From NCBI RefSeq assembly GCF_001194135.2, contig NC_068983.1:158600142-158643361 (forward strand): 43,220 nt of DNA, in the 5' to 3' direction. The notes beneath the pieces are model-generated. The model had not been told where the DNA came from. It was given only the letters and a program-made list of their open reading frames with translations, and made no database searches. Made by a program: the position numbers and the translations under genes. The stretch comes from Octopus bimaculoides. Taxonomy: Eukaryota. Shown here piece after piece: positions 1 through 10,829 of this stretch (position 1 is its first letter; every line of letters begins with the position of its first letter).

Positions 1-169
1 TTTGATAGGATTCTTGGTATTATTTATAATCAAATTAATAGAATTTCAAAACACACAAAAAGTTTTTCTGAAGAAAAGACCATTGTGATATAATATGTAT
101 TGTAACATGTTTCGTCTGCAAAAGCAAATTAATTTTGATAATTCCTCATAAGAAATCAGCATTCATAGT

Positions 170-345
170 AGGCGCAGATATCGCTGTGTGGTAAGAAGTT
201 TGCTTCTCAAACCACATGGTTCCGGGTTCAGTCCTACAGCATGGCATTTTGAGCAAGCATTTTCTACTATAGCTTCAGGCTGACCATAGCCTCTTGTATG
301 TGTGTTTTTGCTTGTCCCCCAGCACTTTGTGCTTACATTCCCCAT
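170..345 (+). mobile_element. tRNA-derived SINE family A (CORE-like), partial
   Basis: A/B box-like head (gctgtgtggtaag ... ggttcagtcc), homologous to 443-830. Confidence 0.8.
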
Positions 346-442
346 AGCTTAGCATTTCATTGAAACAACTATCAATTTCTAAGCTTACAAAGTTATTTTG
401 TAGGTAAAACAAAAATCAAAAGTAGTTTCTAAGTAAAAATTA

Positions 443-830
443 GGGCTGTGTGGTAAGTAGCTTGCTTACCAACCACATGGTTCCGGGTTCAGTCCCACTG
501 CATGGCACCTTGGGCAAGTTTCTTCTACTATAGCCTCGGGCCAACCATAGCCTTGTGAGTGGATTTGGTAGACGGAAACTGAAAGAAGCCCATTGTATAT
601 ATGTATATGTATATATATGTATATATATATCTGTGTTTGTCCCCCAACATCGCTTGACAACCGATGCTGGTGTGTTTACATCCTCGTAACTTAGCGGTTC
701 TGCAAAAGAGATCAATTGAATAAGTACCAGGCTTCCAAAGAATAAGTCCTGGGGTCGATTTGCTCGACTAAAAGGCGGTGCTCCAGCATGGCTACAGTCA
801 AACGACTGAAACAAGTAAAAAGAGTAAAGA
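443..830 (+). mobile_element. tRNA-derived SINE family A, near full length, internal (AT)n
   Basis: Head GGCTGTGTGGTAAG/GGTTCAGTCCC, ggcaccttgggcaag core, tail matching the reverse complement of 41890-42245. Confidence 0.88.
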
Positions 831-972
831 ATAAAAAAAAAAGGTGATACATCAAAACCACATTCTGTTTTTATGAATGGAATTCAACATTTTCACATAA
901 GATTGAAAATCACTGTGAATGATAAATGAAAATGTAACAATAATGAAAAATTCTTCAAAAACTTTTAGAAAA

Positions 973-1195
973 TATGAGGGGTTGCTGAAAAGTTCTCTGG
1001 CTTGAAGTGTATTGCAAAAGGCCTGATTGGCGGCCTAACTTTTTGAGGTCTCTTACAGGGCTTAGAAAAACTGAAGGACCACTGCAACAAGTGTGTGAAT
1101 CTGAGATGGGAACATGTTGAATAAAATCGAGATTAACCGATCCTCCTGTATTTTCTTTTACTCCAAAGACAGGAACATTTCAGCACCTCCTCGTA
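973..1195 (+). mobile_element. Mariner-derived MITE (~220 bp)
   Basis: TA flanks, imperfect TIRs (tgaggggttgctgaaaagttc / gaacatttcagcacctcctcg); internal remnant resembles a transposase C-terminus (GLEKLKDHCNKCVNL...YVE*). Confidence 0.8.
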
Positions 1196-1254
1196 TATTT
1201 TGTTTTGTAAAATTAGTGTGGTAATTAAATTCTACAAATTCTATTTCTTATTTC

Positions 1255-1520
1255 ACCATCTTCATTTAATGTTCATTTTTTCCAAGTTTGGCATAGTTTA
1301 GACAATTTGGCAGGGGCTGGCAAGCCAGGGGACTGCACCAAGCTCCAAGGTTTGCTTTGGCATGGTTTCTACAGTTGTATGCCCTTCCTAACATCAACCA
1401 AACACTTTGCAGAATGTATTGGGTGCTTTTTATTTTGCACCAGCACTAGTGAGGTTACCAAGTTACTTGTAAGACAAGCCCCTCAACTGAGAAGTGAGGA
1501 GTAGTATTGTGAGAAGTGGC
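1255..1520 (-). mobile_element. Degraded RTE 3'UTR / RTE-tail repeat
   Basis: Similar to the reverse complement of 2490-2655 (catggtttctacag...gcccttccta). Confidence 0.6.
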
Positions 1521-1952
1521 TTTATGCCTATGCTAGTCACTATTCTCTCTCCTCTTTGTTTACCTTTTGACAAAGCATGTGATCTTTTCATTGGTAATGA
1601 AGTTAAGTTACACAGAATTGTTACTCTAAGATTAAATTAAAATAGAATTTACCAAGGAAAGAGAATATTAAAATGAAGAAATGAAATTATAAGAACAAAT
1701 GCATAAAAATAAACGGATTAAAGTTGTATTTTTAACAATAAAGATAAAAGTTCAGTTATTGATTTGTGATTAATATAATCTTTGAAATTTCACAGATTTT
1801 ATATCAAATTTGCATATCATTGCATAGTATTGGCAACTTATGTTGCAGTGTACTCTATCAATACCAATAATATTTACATTATGTTTCAATTATAAGATAT
1901 TTGTTTTATTTTTCATTTATGTTTTAATTTATATAATGTCTCAATGTTGCAG

Positions 1953-2025
1953 TCTACCCCTGAGGACACACTAGCAAGTATTATTGATGGCAATAAAGTG
2001 AGTCACAGGTTTAAAAGTATTTCAG
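1953..2025 (+). CDS. Candidate exon STPEDTLASIIDGNK(VSHRFKSIS); alternative donor after 1997
   Basis: ttgcag acceptor, only phase 0 is open; donors AAA|gtgagt (1997) and CAG|gtaaat (2025). Confidence 0.55.
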
Positions 2026-2104
2026 GTAAATTTATGTCCCATCCACAATTGCAGTTTTTCAATCAGCTTCAGTTTTCCTCATTTCCTACACTAGAATGAA
2101 CATT

Positions 2105-2657
2105 GGGCTTCACTGAGGTGATGAAAAGTGACTGAGACCTTTGGAGATCTGCTGTGCTTGAGAAGACCCAGCAAGCCAAGTGAGACCATGTCCATGGCCT
2201 ATGCCAGTGCAGCATAACCGGCTCATTTAAGAGTACCCTTCAATCATTGGGCAATAAACTGTGCTTGTGAAGACCTGTTGAATGAAGTGAAGTCATTGTC
2301 ATGCCAATGACAGTACCACCTGATTGACACCCGTGCCGGGGGCATGTAAAAAGCACCATTCAAGTGTGATTGTTGCCAGTGCTGCCTGACTGGCTCCCAT
2401 GCCGGTGGCATGTAAAAAGGACCATTCAAGCGTGGTCGTTGTCAGTGCCACCTGACTGGCTCTCGCACCGGTGGCTTGTGAAAAGCACCCACTACACTCT
2501 CGAAGTGGTTTGTGAAGGGCATCCAGCTGTAGAAACGTTACCAGATCAGATTGGAGCCTGGTACAGCCTTCTGGCTTGCCAGCCCTCAATCAAACCGTCC
2601 AACACATGCCAGCATGGAAAGCGGATGTTAAACGACAATGATGATGGTGATGATGAA
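2105..2657 (+). mobile_element. 5'-truncated RTE LINE: ORF C-terminus, 3'UTR with 66-bp tandem units, (GAT)n tail
   Basis: Matches the ORF end at 34690-34771 (gacctttgga...gagaagaccc); tandem units start at 2332, 2398 and 2464. Confidence 0.85.
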
Positions 2658-3160
2658 GATAAAAATTTCTGAGATCCAGAAGTTACAGCATTTGTATATA
2701 TGGAATCTTACATTTTTCAGATAGCATGTGATACTCTCATAGACATGTTAAATTTAATTATATTCTATTTAGCATTTTAATATGTTATTAATGATTGTTT
2801 GCATATTTATTCTTAACACATCTAGGCAAGTTCATATGCAAAATATGATGGTTGCTGCTGTGTGCATCATTGGAAAAAAAACTTTTCCCTTTTTATGACA
2901 ACTGTGTGTTCAACACATGGTATTCTGGGACACCTGTCTTTCAACTTGTGTCTCATCAGCCCAAAGCAGCTAGAACTATGAGTCTAAACAAAACTTGTGG
3001 CTTTGTTTATATTTTCAGCAAACAGATTGTTTTCTGATGAATACTTATATCTGCCAACCGATATAAATCCATTTTTATATTTATTCCATTTTTATTCTTT
3101 ATGCTTGTCATAAAGACAGTCCACTTTCTCAACTGTTGTTTAATATTACAGAGTTGACTT

Positions 3161-3340
3161 GATGGTGAGTTGGCAGAACCTTTAGTACGCTGGGTAAAAT
3201 GTTTAGTGGCATTTCATTTTGAGGTCAAATTCTGCTAAGGTTGACTTTACCTTTCATCCTTTCAAGGTTAATAAAATAAGTAGCATTTGAGTAATGGGGG
3301 TTGATGTAATAGACTTGGCCAGCAATTTTGAAGCCAATAT
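3161..3340 (+). mobile_element. SINE family B (gagctggcagaa...cctttcatcctttc core)
   Basis: Homologous to 6723, 7388, 33571, 38281 and 39497. Confidence 0.75.
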
Positions 3341-4223
3341 TACAGAGCTGACTCAAGAACTTTGATTAATACTATTCAACTTTATTTAGTGAAAGAAGCA
3401 TAAATATAAATAAATTACATATATATAGTTTTTTTTTTTTTGTGTATATTGAACTTTTAGAATGGTTACCAATTAGAAACATGAATTCTCACTACAGGAG
3501 TTCAGAATCTAAAAACAATAAAAATGGAATGTAATTCTGATAAGATCACTTGATTGAAATTATTGGCCAATAGAGGTGATGCAGATGTGAGTGGATCTAG
3601 TCTGTAATGTCAGTTTATGCAAGCAATGGCTATGTTTCAGTTTTATCAAACCTCATCAATGGAGCATGTTCTACTTAGTTAACAAGACTGAGAATGATCC
3701 ATATAGATAGAGTGAATATAGTGATGTTAATTATAAACATCAACAACAGAGACGAAGGGAAAATACCTTGAGAGAAAGTACTACATGCTATCTACTAATG
3801 TGGTAAGATTTCATATATACATTTCAGTGATTTGAAAAATTTTGAACATTTAAGATTATCTTAAGCAATTAGTTTGCAAAAACTTCCTCTGGAGATGTTT
3901 AAAGTCTAAAAATAAAACCTGATTAAAAGTTTTGGACATTATAAACAATAGAGATTTGAATGTATTCAATGTGTAAGTTAAGTAGTGAAATCAATAAATT
4001 TATTATTGCCTTGGACATCCTCAACAAAGCAAATTCTAGACTAGCATTGTGACATTCCTTGTATTTCTATGCATGCATACTTCATATATATTGTGCAGCA
4101 ATGCTAATAAATGACAAATAAATCCTAATAAATTACAACCATTTAGAAAAAAAGTACCCCCTTTGTATAGAATCTCATGACTAACTCTTAATTCATCACA
4201 TAACATTAAACAATAACATAAAC

Positions 4224-4620
4224 TAAAGAAGTGATTTTAAATTCTCAATCGCAGAATAATGCTAATAATATAGCCTCAACAGGATAAACTATCCCTATTT
4301 TGCAGAGAAAAGTGTAGGTGACTAGCTGTGGACACGAACTCACATCCCCGTGATTACATGTCACGATGCTTTGACCAATTAAGCTAAACTACCCACTACA
4401 AATTCCTCTGCAAATTAAGATATATAAATCTCGCTTTATGAGATGCTCTCAAATGTTAAATTCAAATTACGACAAACGTAAACAAACAAGCGAAGTTTGC
4501 TTTTAGAAGCGTTGAGATGTCTTTTTTAGAAAGTTAAAGAAGTGATTTTAAATTCTCAATCGCAGAATAATGCTAATAATATAGCCTGAACAGGATAAAC
4601 TATCCCTACTTTGCAGAGAA
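4224..4620. repeat. 86-bp direct repeats (4224-4309, 4535-4620) flanking a 225-bp spacer
   Basis: Direct comparison shows 2 mismatches in 86 bp. Confidence 0.92.
4320..4393 (-). pseudogene. tRNA-like cloverleaf, anticodon TGT (Thr-like), degenerate
   Basis: Minus strand GGTAGTT-TA-GCTT AATTGGTCA AAGC-AT-CGTGA CATGTAA TCACG-GGGAT-GTGAG TTCGTGT CCAC-AGCTAGT-C folds into acceptor, D, anticodon and T arms with several mismatches. Confidence 0.65.
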
Positions 4621-4844
4621 TTAAATTTTATGAAAACCAGTACGTGAAATAATTCAGGTAAAATCTGTGATGATGAGCAGAAAGTTTAATAAGAGAAAGC
4701 AAAAATCACTTTATATAACTGAGGAATTTCCCTTATTAGCTGCCAATCAGAGGGTCTCATAATTTGTCACTTTATGGCTGGATCACTACTTCTGATGGTG
4801 TCAAGCAACATTAGGAAATATAGTTTACTGCTATATGTGAACAT

Positions 4845-6420
4845 ATCATCATCATCATCATCATTGCTTAATGTCCGTTTTCCATGCTGGCATGGGTTGG
4901 ATGGTTTGGCATGAAACTGGCTAGCTGAGAGCTGTCCAGACTCTAATTGTCTGTGGTGGCATGGTTTCTATAGCTGGATGCCATTCTTAATACCAACTAC
5001 TTAACAAAGTGTGCTGGATGCTTTTTACGTGCCACTGACATGGGTATGTTTACAAAGCACCGGCACAGGTGTATTTACACAGCACTGTACACAGGTGCTT
5101 TTTATGTGGCAACTGTACATGAAAAGACAAGCCTGTATGTATGGAAGACAGCGATTTTACTTAGCTTGATATGTCTTTTCAAGTACAACAAATTATTACA
5201 TTTCCCAGTCCCTTGTCATTTCCTCAGTGAGACTCATTGTCCAAAAATCTTTTCTTGCCACTTTGTCCACATCTTCCTGGGTCTACCCCTTCCACAGGTT
5301 TTCTCCACAATTAGAGCTCAACACTTCTTTATGCAACTGCCCTCATCCATACACATCGCATGACCAAACCAGTGCAGTCTTCTCTCTTGCACACAACATG
5401 TGATACTTTTTCAACCCAGCTTTCTTCTTAAATCATTTACACTGTTGTGCATGCACATTGACATTATTCATCCAGCAGAGCATGCTAGCTTCGTTTCTTT
5501 CAGTCAAAGCCCATATTTCACTGCCATATAACATAGTTGTACACACACAGGAATCATGCAATCTACTTTTCACTCTGAGTGAATGGTCCTTTGTTATCAA
5601 CAGAGGTAGAGGCTCTCTGAACTTTGCTCAGCACATTCTTATTCTAACAACTACACTTTCAGAGCTTATTCCTGCTAACTTGGTCTCTTAGGTAGCAGAA
5701 GCTACCTACTACTTCTAATTATCCCCCTGAGCATTTGAAAGAGTCTATTGCCTGTGCATTTTTAGTGCTTATTGTATCTGCACATTTGCCACACACAAAG
5801 ACAATATTTCTCTGTTAAATTTCCTGTCATACTGCTACATCTCTTATGAAGTCCAAAGCTTGCACTGGATACAATGTACAGAGTTTCTACTAACACCCTT
5901 CTTACATATCGAGCAGGGCCATCTCCCTGAAGGGACTTGTTAGTTGTCTGTTTTCCTACTTACTAGGACTTTGGTTTTTGCTAAATTAACTCTTAGGCCC
6001 TTAGATTCTAGGCCTTGCTTCCACACCTGAAATTTCTTTTCTAGATTAGGTAGTGATTCAGCCACAAGAACAAAATCATCAGTGTAGAAGAGCTCCCAAG
6101 GATAGCCTGTCTTGAATTTCTCTGTAAAGGCCTGGATGACTACAATGAACAAGAGGGGACTGATAACTGAGCCTTGGTGAACTCCTACCTGTACACTGAG
6201 TTCATTACTATACTCATTGCCAGTCTTCATCTTACTGGCAGCATCCCTGAACATGGCTTGTACAACTCTCTCTAACCATTCACCTATTCCTAGCTTCTGC
6301 ATTGATACCAGATAAGGGAGTGGGTGATCTTGTCAAAGGCTTTCTTCATGTCAACAAAATCCAAGTACAGAAGTATTTTTTTTTTTTTGGCTAAATTTTG
6401 AAGTTGCCAAACCAGGAATA
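4845..6420 (-). mobile_element. Degraded RTE LINE (RT fragments plus 3'UTR and (GAT)n tail), antisense in intron
   Basis: ORF 5940-6302: VGVHQGSVISPLLF..WELFYTDD (RT motifs); tail at 4845-4865. Confidence 0.9.
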
Positions 6421-6722
6421 TAGTCAGATTTTTACCCAATTTTGTTTCCTCGACTACTCTTGTGAAAAGAATGAATAGTGATCAAACTGGAACTTACGTA
6501 GGAAGATTGGCTTCAAAGCAGAAATGATCATCAATAAACAGAGAATGAGAAAAAAACCAAAAAGAAAAACAAGAAGGAAGAAAAAAAGGAGAATTCCTTA
6601 ACAATAACATACAGCAAATCATTTGACCATATGAGTAATATTTTGAATGTCTCAAGAATACATCTCCTCCTTTGTTATCTTTTACTATGATGCCTTAGAT
6701 TTTATTAATATTTAATGTCCTT

Positions 6723-6945
6723 AAGGTGGTAAGCTGGCAGAATCATTAGCATGCCAGACAAAATGCTTAGCAGCATTCCATCCATCTTTATGTTCTGAGT
6801 TCAAATTCTGCCAAGGTTGACTTTGCTTTTCATCCTCTTGGGGCTGGTAAAATGAATATCAGTGGAGCACTAGGGTCGATGTAATCAACTTACCCACACT
6901 CCCAAAGTTGCTGGCTTTGTACCAAAATTGGAAACCGATATTTAG
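6723..6945 (+). mobile_element. SINE family B
   Basis: aagctggcagaatcattagc...gactttgcttttcatcc. Confidence 0.85.
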
Positions 6946-6974
6946 TGTCCTGGTTAAACTTTTAATTTATACAC

Positions 6975-7008
6975 ACAGACATGCACACGCACACACACTT
7001 GCACACAT

Positions 7009-7071
<63 letters not shown>
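6975..7071. repeat. (AC)n microsatellite
   Basis: Direct observation. Confidence 0.97.
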
Positions 7072-7074
<3 letters not shown>

Positions 7075-7194
7075 ATTTACTCTCAATTGCCTTGAAATTG
7101 TTAATCTAATAAACAAACTACAGAATTGTTTTAGTAATTAACCAAACCTTGCATGATTAGCCCATTATATCTTGTTCATCTTCCACATCTTCAG

Positions 7195-7325
7195 AATTTA
7201 AACAATGCATGGAAGCTCCTGTTAATTTATATCCAAAGAAGCAATATGACAGATATGGAAAACTTCAAAAGCATAGACATAGAGAATTTCTGTCAGAGAG
7301 GAAGCCACATGAAACCCCTAGAAAG
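7195..7325 (+). CDS. Candidate exon (E)FKQCMEAPVNLYPKKQYDRYGKLQKHRHREFLSERKPHETPRK
   Basis: Pyrimidine-rich cttcag acceptor and AAG|gtacac donor; the phase 1->0 frame fits the downstream exons, but a second frame is also open. Confidence 0.65.
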
Positions 7326-7387
7326 GTACACATTTTTACCCTTTCCTGTTTAATATTTGAAACAGAAATTAATATTAATTGCTTGGT

Positions 7388-7612
7388 TTGGGTGATGAGC
7401 TTGTAGAATTGTTAGCATGCCAGGTAAAATGCTTAGCGGCATTTTGTGTGTCTTTATGTTCTGAGTTCAAATTCCGCCAAGGTCAACTTTGCTATTCATC
7501 CTTTCAGGGTCAATAAAATAAGTACCAGTTGAACACTGGGGTTAATGTAATAGACTTACCTTACCCCTTTCCCTGAACTTGCTGGCCTTGTGCCAAAATT
7601 TGAAATCAATAT
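7388..7612 (+). mobile_element. SINE family B
   Basis: Homologous to 6723-6945. Confidence 0.85.
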
Positions 7613-7899
7613 TTATTGCTTGTTTGAATTGTGAAACTTCTGTCTACATTTCTATTTTAGCATGATTGTCACAACATTCAGCTTGTATCAGCTCTAATTT
7701 ACTTTTCCTTTTAATATAATGTTTGCTCATTTTTTTCCCCAGTTGATTGTTAATAAAAATTTTAGTTGATAAGAAAATCGAAAAGCATCCTACCTATTAA
7801 TAGGTTCCATTGATTATTATAACTCAAGTCTGTTCTCATTAACATTGTTCTTGGTCAGTTCTGATGAAAGCACTCTTATGACACGCAACTTTCATTACA

Positions 7900-9100
7900 C
7901 AGAATGCAGATATGTCATGTCTTCATTGCAGGGAATCACACTGCACATTCTGGTATGCATTAATGAATTGTAAGAGATGTAGGATCTATTCTCATCACAG
8001 TCCAGTCTGTCTGTATAGGCCAGTAGATTCTGATCTTGTCAGAATGCTACAATTGCAGTTTCTCTTCTCTTATTATTATTGGTGGTATACATCTCAGAAC
8101 AGTATTTGGGTTTACAGAGGCTTTTGATGCTGCAATTGTTTTAGGAGCAATATGACTATGCAATATGAAGATGCTCTCTTTAATCTTGGCATCACTTATT
8201 TTAGGGAGGATCACCTTGAGGTACTGGAAACATGGCATGTTATGTTGCAGTGCTTTGGTTAATTGCTTTATTAGGCTTAGTTTTATATGCAGTGGTGGCA
8301 AAATGGTTTTCTCCTTCTTAACTAGTGGCTCATGATTTACATTATGGCATCCAGGTGTCGTAGTTTCCTTGAGGTGGCCATTCTTAGCATACATAATGTT
8401 CTAATCTAGCCCTACTGTCCCACTTGCAAAGGAAGCACATAAACTTGATGTCTTCAGTTTGTAGCCCATTAAGTAGGGCTACTACTTTTAAGTATGCACA
8501 AATTAGCCACTCATGCTCCTTGTAACTTATGTGGTCTAGAATAAAAGTGAAGTTCTCATATGTCTCTCTTAAAATGACTGAGTGAGCAATTGGAACTGAA
8601 GTGTACAACAGAACTGCTTTTATGCTGTAAAGGAATGCATCTGTGAATAACCGCTACTCATTTGGTTCATAAGTCAGCTCAGGGAGATTGAATAGGTCTC
8701 TGATATCATTACAATAAGTCAAGTTGTTTTCCAAAGTGAAGAATTGCTATAGATCTGCGGAATGCTTCCTAAATACTGTAATTCAAGCATTTTTATCCAA
8801 CAGGTTCCATTATTGCAGACGTGAGGCCAGGACTTCACTCTGTTGCTTGATAAGTGTTAGATCACGAAATAGATCATTGAGTTCCTGTTGGGTGATGAGG
8901 TGTGGTTTCTTGTCAGATTGACCATGGATTTGGACCCATATAACTATAAAAATATCGAGTGTACTTTTATAATTTTCATAGGTTAGGTTTACAAATACCT
9001 TAGAAACACCCCATTAAAATTATATCAAAATCTGTTCATTACTTTTAGAGTTCTCAGTTTTGCCTAAATCCTGTTTGCACTCAATTCCTACAGAACCATC
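7900..9100 (-). mobile_element. DNA transposon relic, Chapaev3 (CMC)-like transposase fragments
   Basis: Minus ORFs: SVPIAHSVILRETYEN..EWLICAYLKVVALL..CFLCKWDSRA and LPPLHIKLSL..LPKISDAKIKESIF; superfamily assigned from memory of these motifs; boundaries approximate. Confidence 0.65.
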
Positions 9101-9247
9101 AGTGTATTTAACATTAGTAAGGTGGTAATTTACGAGACACTGGAGGGTCACAAAAAGAAACGGATGTTATATTCATGATCTACACACAAAATACCCCTAG
9201 AAAAGGTTATTGTCATTTCTGTTTTTTTCTTTTTCATTGTTATACAG

Positions 9248-9268
9248 AGTTTTCAAGGCAATCTTTCT
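9248..9268 (+). CDS. 21-nt micro-exon SFQGNLS
   Basis: ttttcattgttatacag acceptor, TCT|gtaagt donor, phase 0-0. Confidence 0.6.
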
Positions 9269-9847
9269 GTAAGTATCAGCTATGACTTTTCTCTTCTTTT
9301 TAATATGATTTTTGCTTTAATAGAAATATCTGTTAGCTTTAATAAAATTATCAGTTAATATGAATTACAGTTGAAAGGTATCCTAGCATAATCAGATCAA
9401 CTCAAAATAAAAGATTCTTGCATTTTGTTCCTCGCTTCTGTCTCTTCAAATTCCACCTGTAATAACTTTTATCGTTTATGAACTATAGTGTTTTTATGAT
9501 TATGAGCCATAACATCTGTACACAAACATTATCACTACCTTTAATCTGGCTATTAGCTCCAGTGCACATAATAAATGTCATAATTATTTGGTCATTGTTT
9601 ATACCATATTTTAGACCAATTGTTTTTAGATCAAATCCTATCATATTGTTTCTTCATGGCTTTTTCACATATAGTGCAAGGGAAGTTTTTCTAGCTACAT
9701 AATTTACAGAATAATGGACCCTGAAAAATATATTTCCTCTCATAAACAACATGAACTTGCTCTCATACTTTCTCAGACTTATTCATCTCACTCAAGACTT
9801 CACAGAAAAGCACCCTTATCTAATTCATTTGTTATTTAGATAGATCT

Positions 9848-10115
9848 GAGATTAGTGGCTAAGGTATTCAGCTTGTGATTGTAAGGTCACGAGTTCAATT
9901 CCTGGTGGCATATTTTGCTATTGAGCAAAACACCTTATTTCTCATTGCTCCAGTTCATTCAGCTGACAAAAATGAGTTGGACCTCTAATTCAAAGGGCCA
10001 GCCTTGTCACACTCTACCGTGCTGAATCTCCCTTTGAACTATGTTAAAGGTACACATGTCTGTAGAATGCTTAGCCACTTGCATGTTAATCTCCTAAGCA
10101 GGCTGTTCCATTGAT
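9848..10115 (+). mobile_element. Degraded tRNA-derived SINE with family-D 3' part
   Basis: gagttcaattcc B box; tail matches the reverse complement of 17460-17610. Confidence 0.7.
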
Positions 10116-10262
10116 TGTTATAACTGACAGAATGAGGAATGTAGGTTTTTTTCTACAGATGACTTAGACATTACTTCTTATATGAAACCTGCATCAACCA
10201 AGATATTAGTCTTGATATACCCATTATTATGGAACTTGAGTTTTCAATACTTATTAACTTAT

Positions 10263-10317
<55 letters not shown>

Positions 10318-10393
10318 GGTATGCTTTTCATCCTTTCTACTTTAACACCTCCTTGATTTAATTAATAAAACTTTGACTACATTTCTATTTTAG

Positions 10394-10417
10394 CCTGATC
10401 AACCCGACAGTCAGTCA
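10394..10417 (+). CDS. 24-nt micro-exon PDQPDSQS
   Basis: atttctattttag acceptor, TCA|gtaagt donor, phase 0-0. Confidence 0.6.
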
Positions 10418-10440
10418 GTAAGTATCAGCTATGTTTTTCT

Positions 10441-10793
10441 TATTACCTCCGCTTTGGTGTAGGCAGAGGTATTGTTTTCAGTTGCACTTGTTTGTTTGTT
10501 TGCCCACAGACAAAATATCTCAAGAACCAATGGATGGATTCAGATGAAACTTTCAGTGATGTTTGGCCTCATGACTGACATGAACTGATAAGATTTTGCG
10601 ATCAATCCAGTACTGGACAAGGATTCTGGATTATTTTTCCTGTTTTTCTACTTAATTTTTGAGAGCGGGTGCATTCATTTTTAGTATTCACATTTGTGAG
10701 AGCAGTCCGGTTTATTTTGGTTATTCTCATTTTAAAAATAAGAGGATGTTGGTGTTGCCTTGGTGGAGGTTTGTGCTCTCTGAGTGCTCTTGT
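10441..10793. mobile_element. Non-autonomous Helentron/DINE-like element (HINE-like)
   Basis: 5' ttacctccgc with hairpin, (GTTT)n, 3' subterminal ccttggtggaggt followed by a stem-loop remnant gtgctctctgagtgc. Confidence 0.55.
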
Positions 10794-10829
10794 TTCTTTT
10801 AATATAATTTTTCACTCGTTTTATCAATT

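Noticed and set aside
3461-3802. Candidate exons 3461-3530 and 3641-3802; the latter has an in-frame TAG (3708-3710) that A-to-I editing could turn into Trp
   Set aside because: Even with recoding, the phase-2 end meets an immediate stop at exon 7195; weak donor at 3531; no support beyond an attractive idea
9710-9839. Open frame IMDPEKYISSHKQHELALIL... after a good acceptor
   Set aside because: No credible donor before the TAG at 9837-9839, and the phase does not fit the main model
10159-10318. Acceptor ctacag to donor aag|gtatgc spanning a (CA)n tract
   Set aside because: It would encode a His-Thr repeat and its phase (1->2) is incompatible with the neighbours; likely a pseudo-exon
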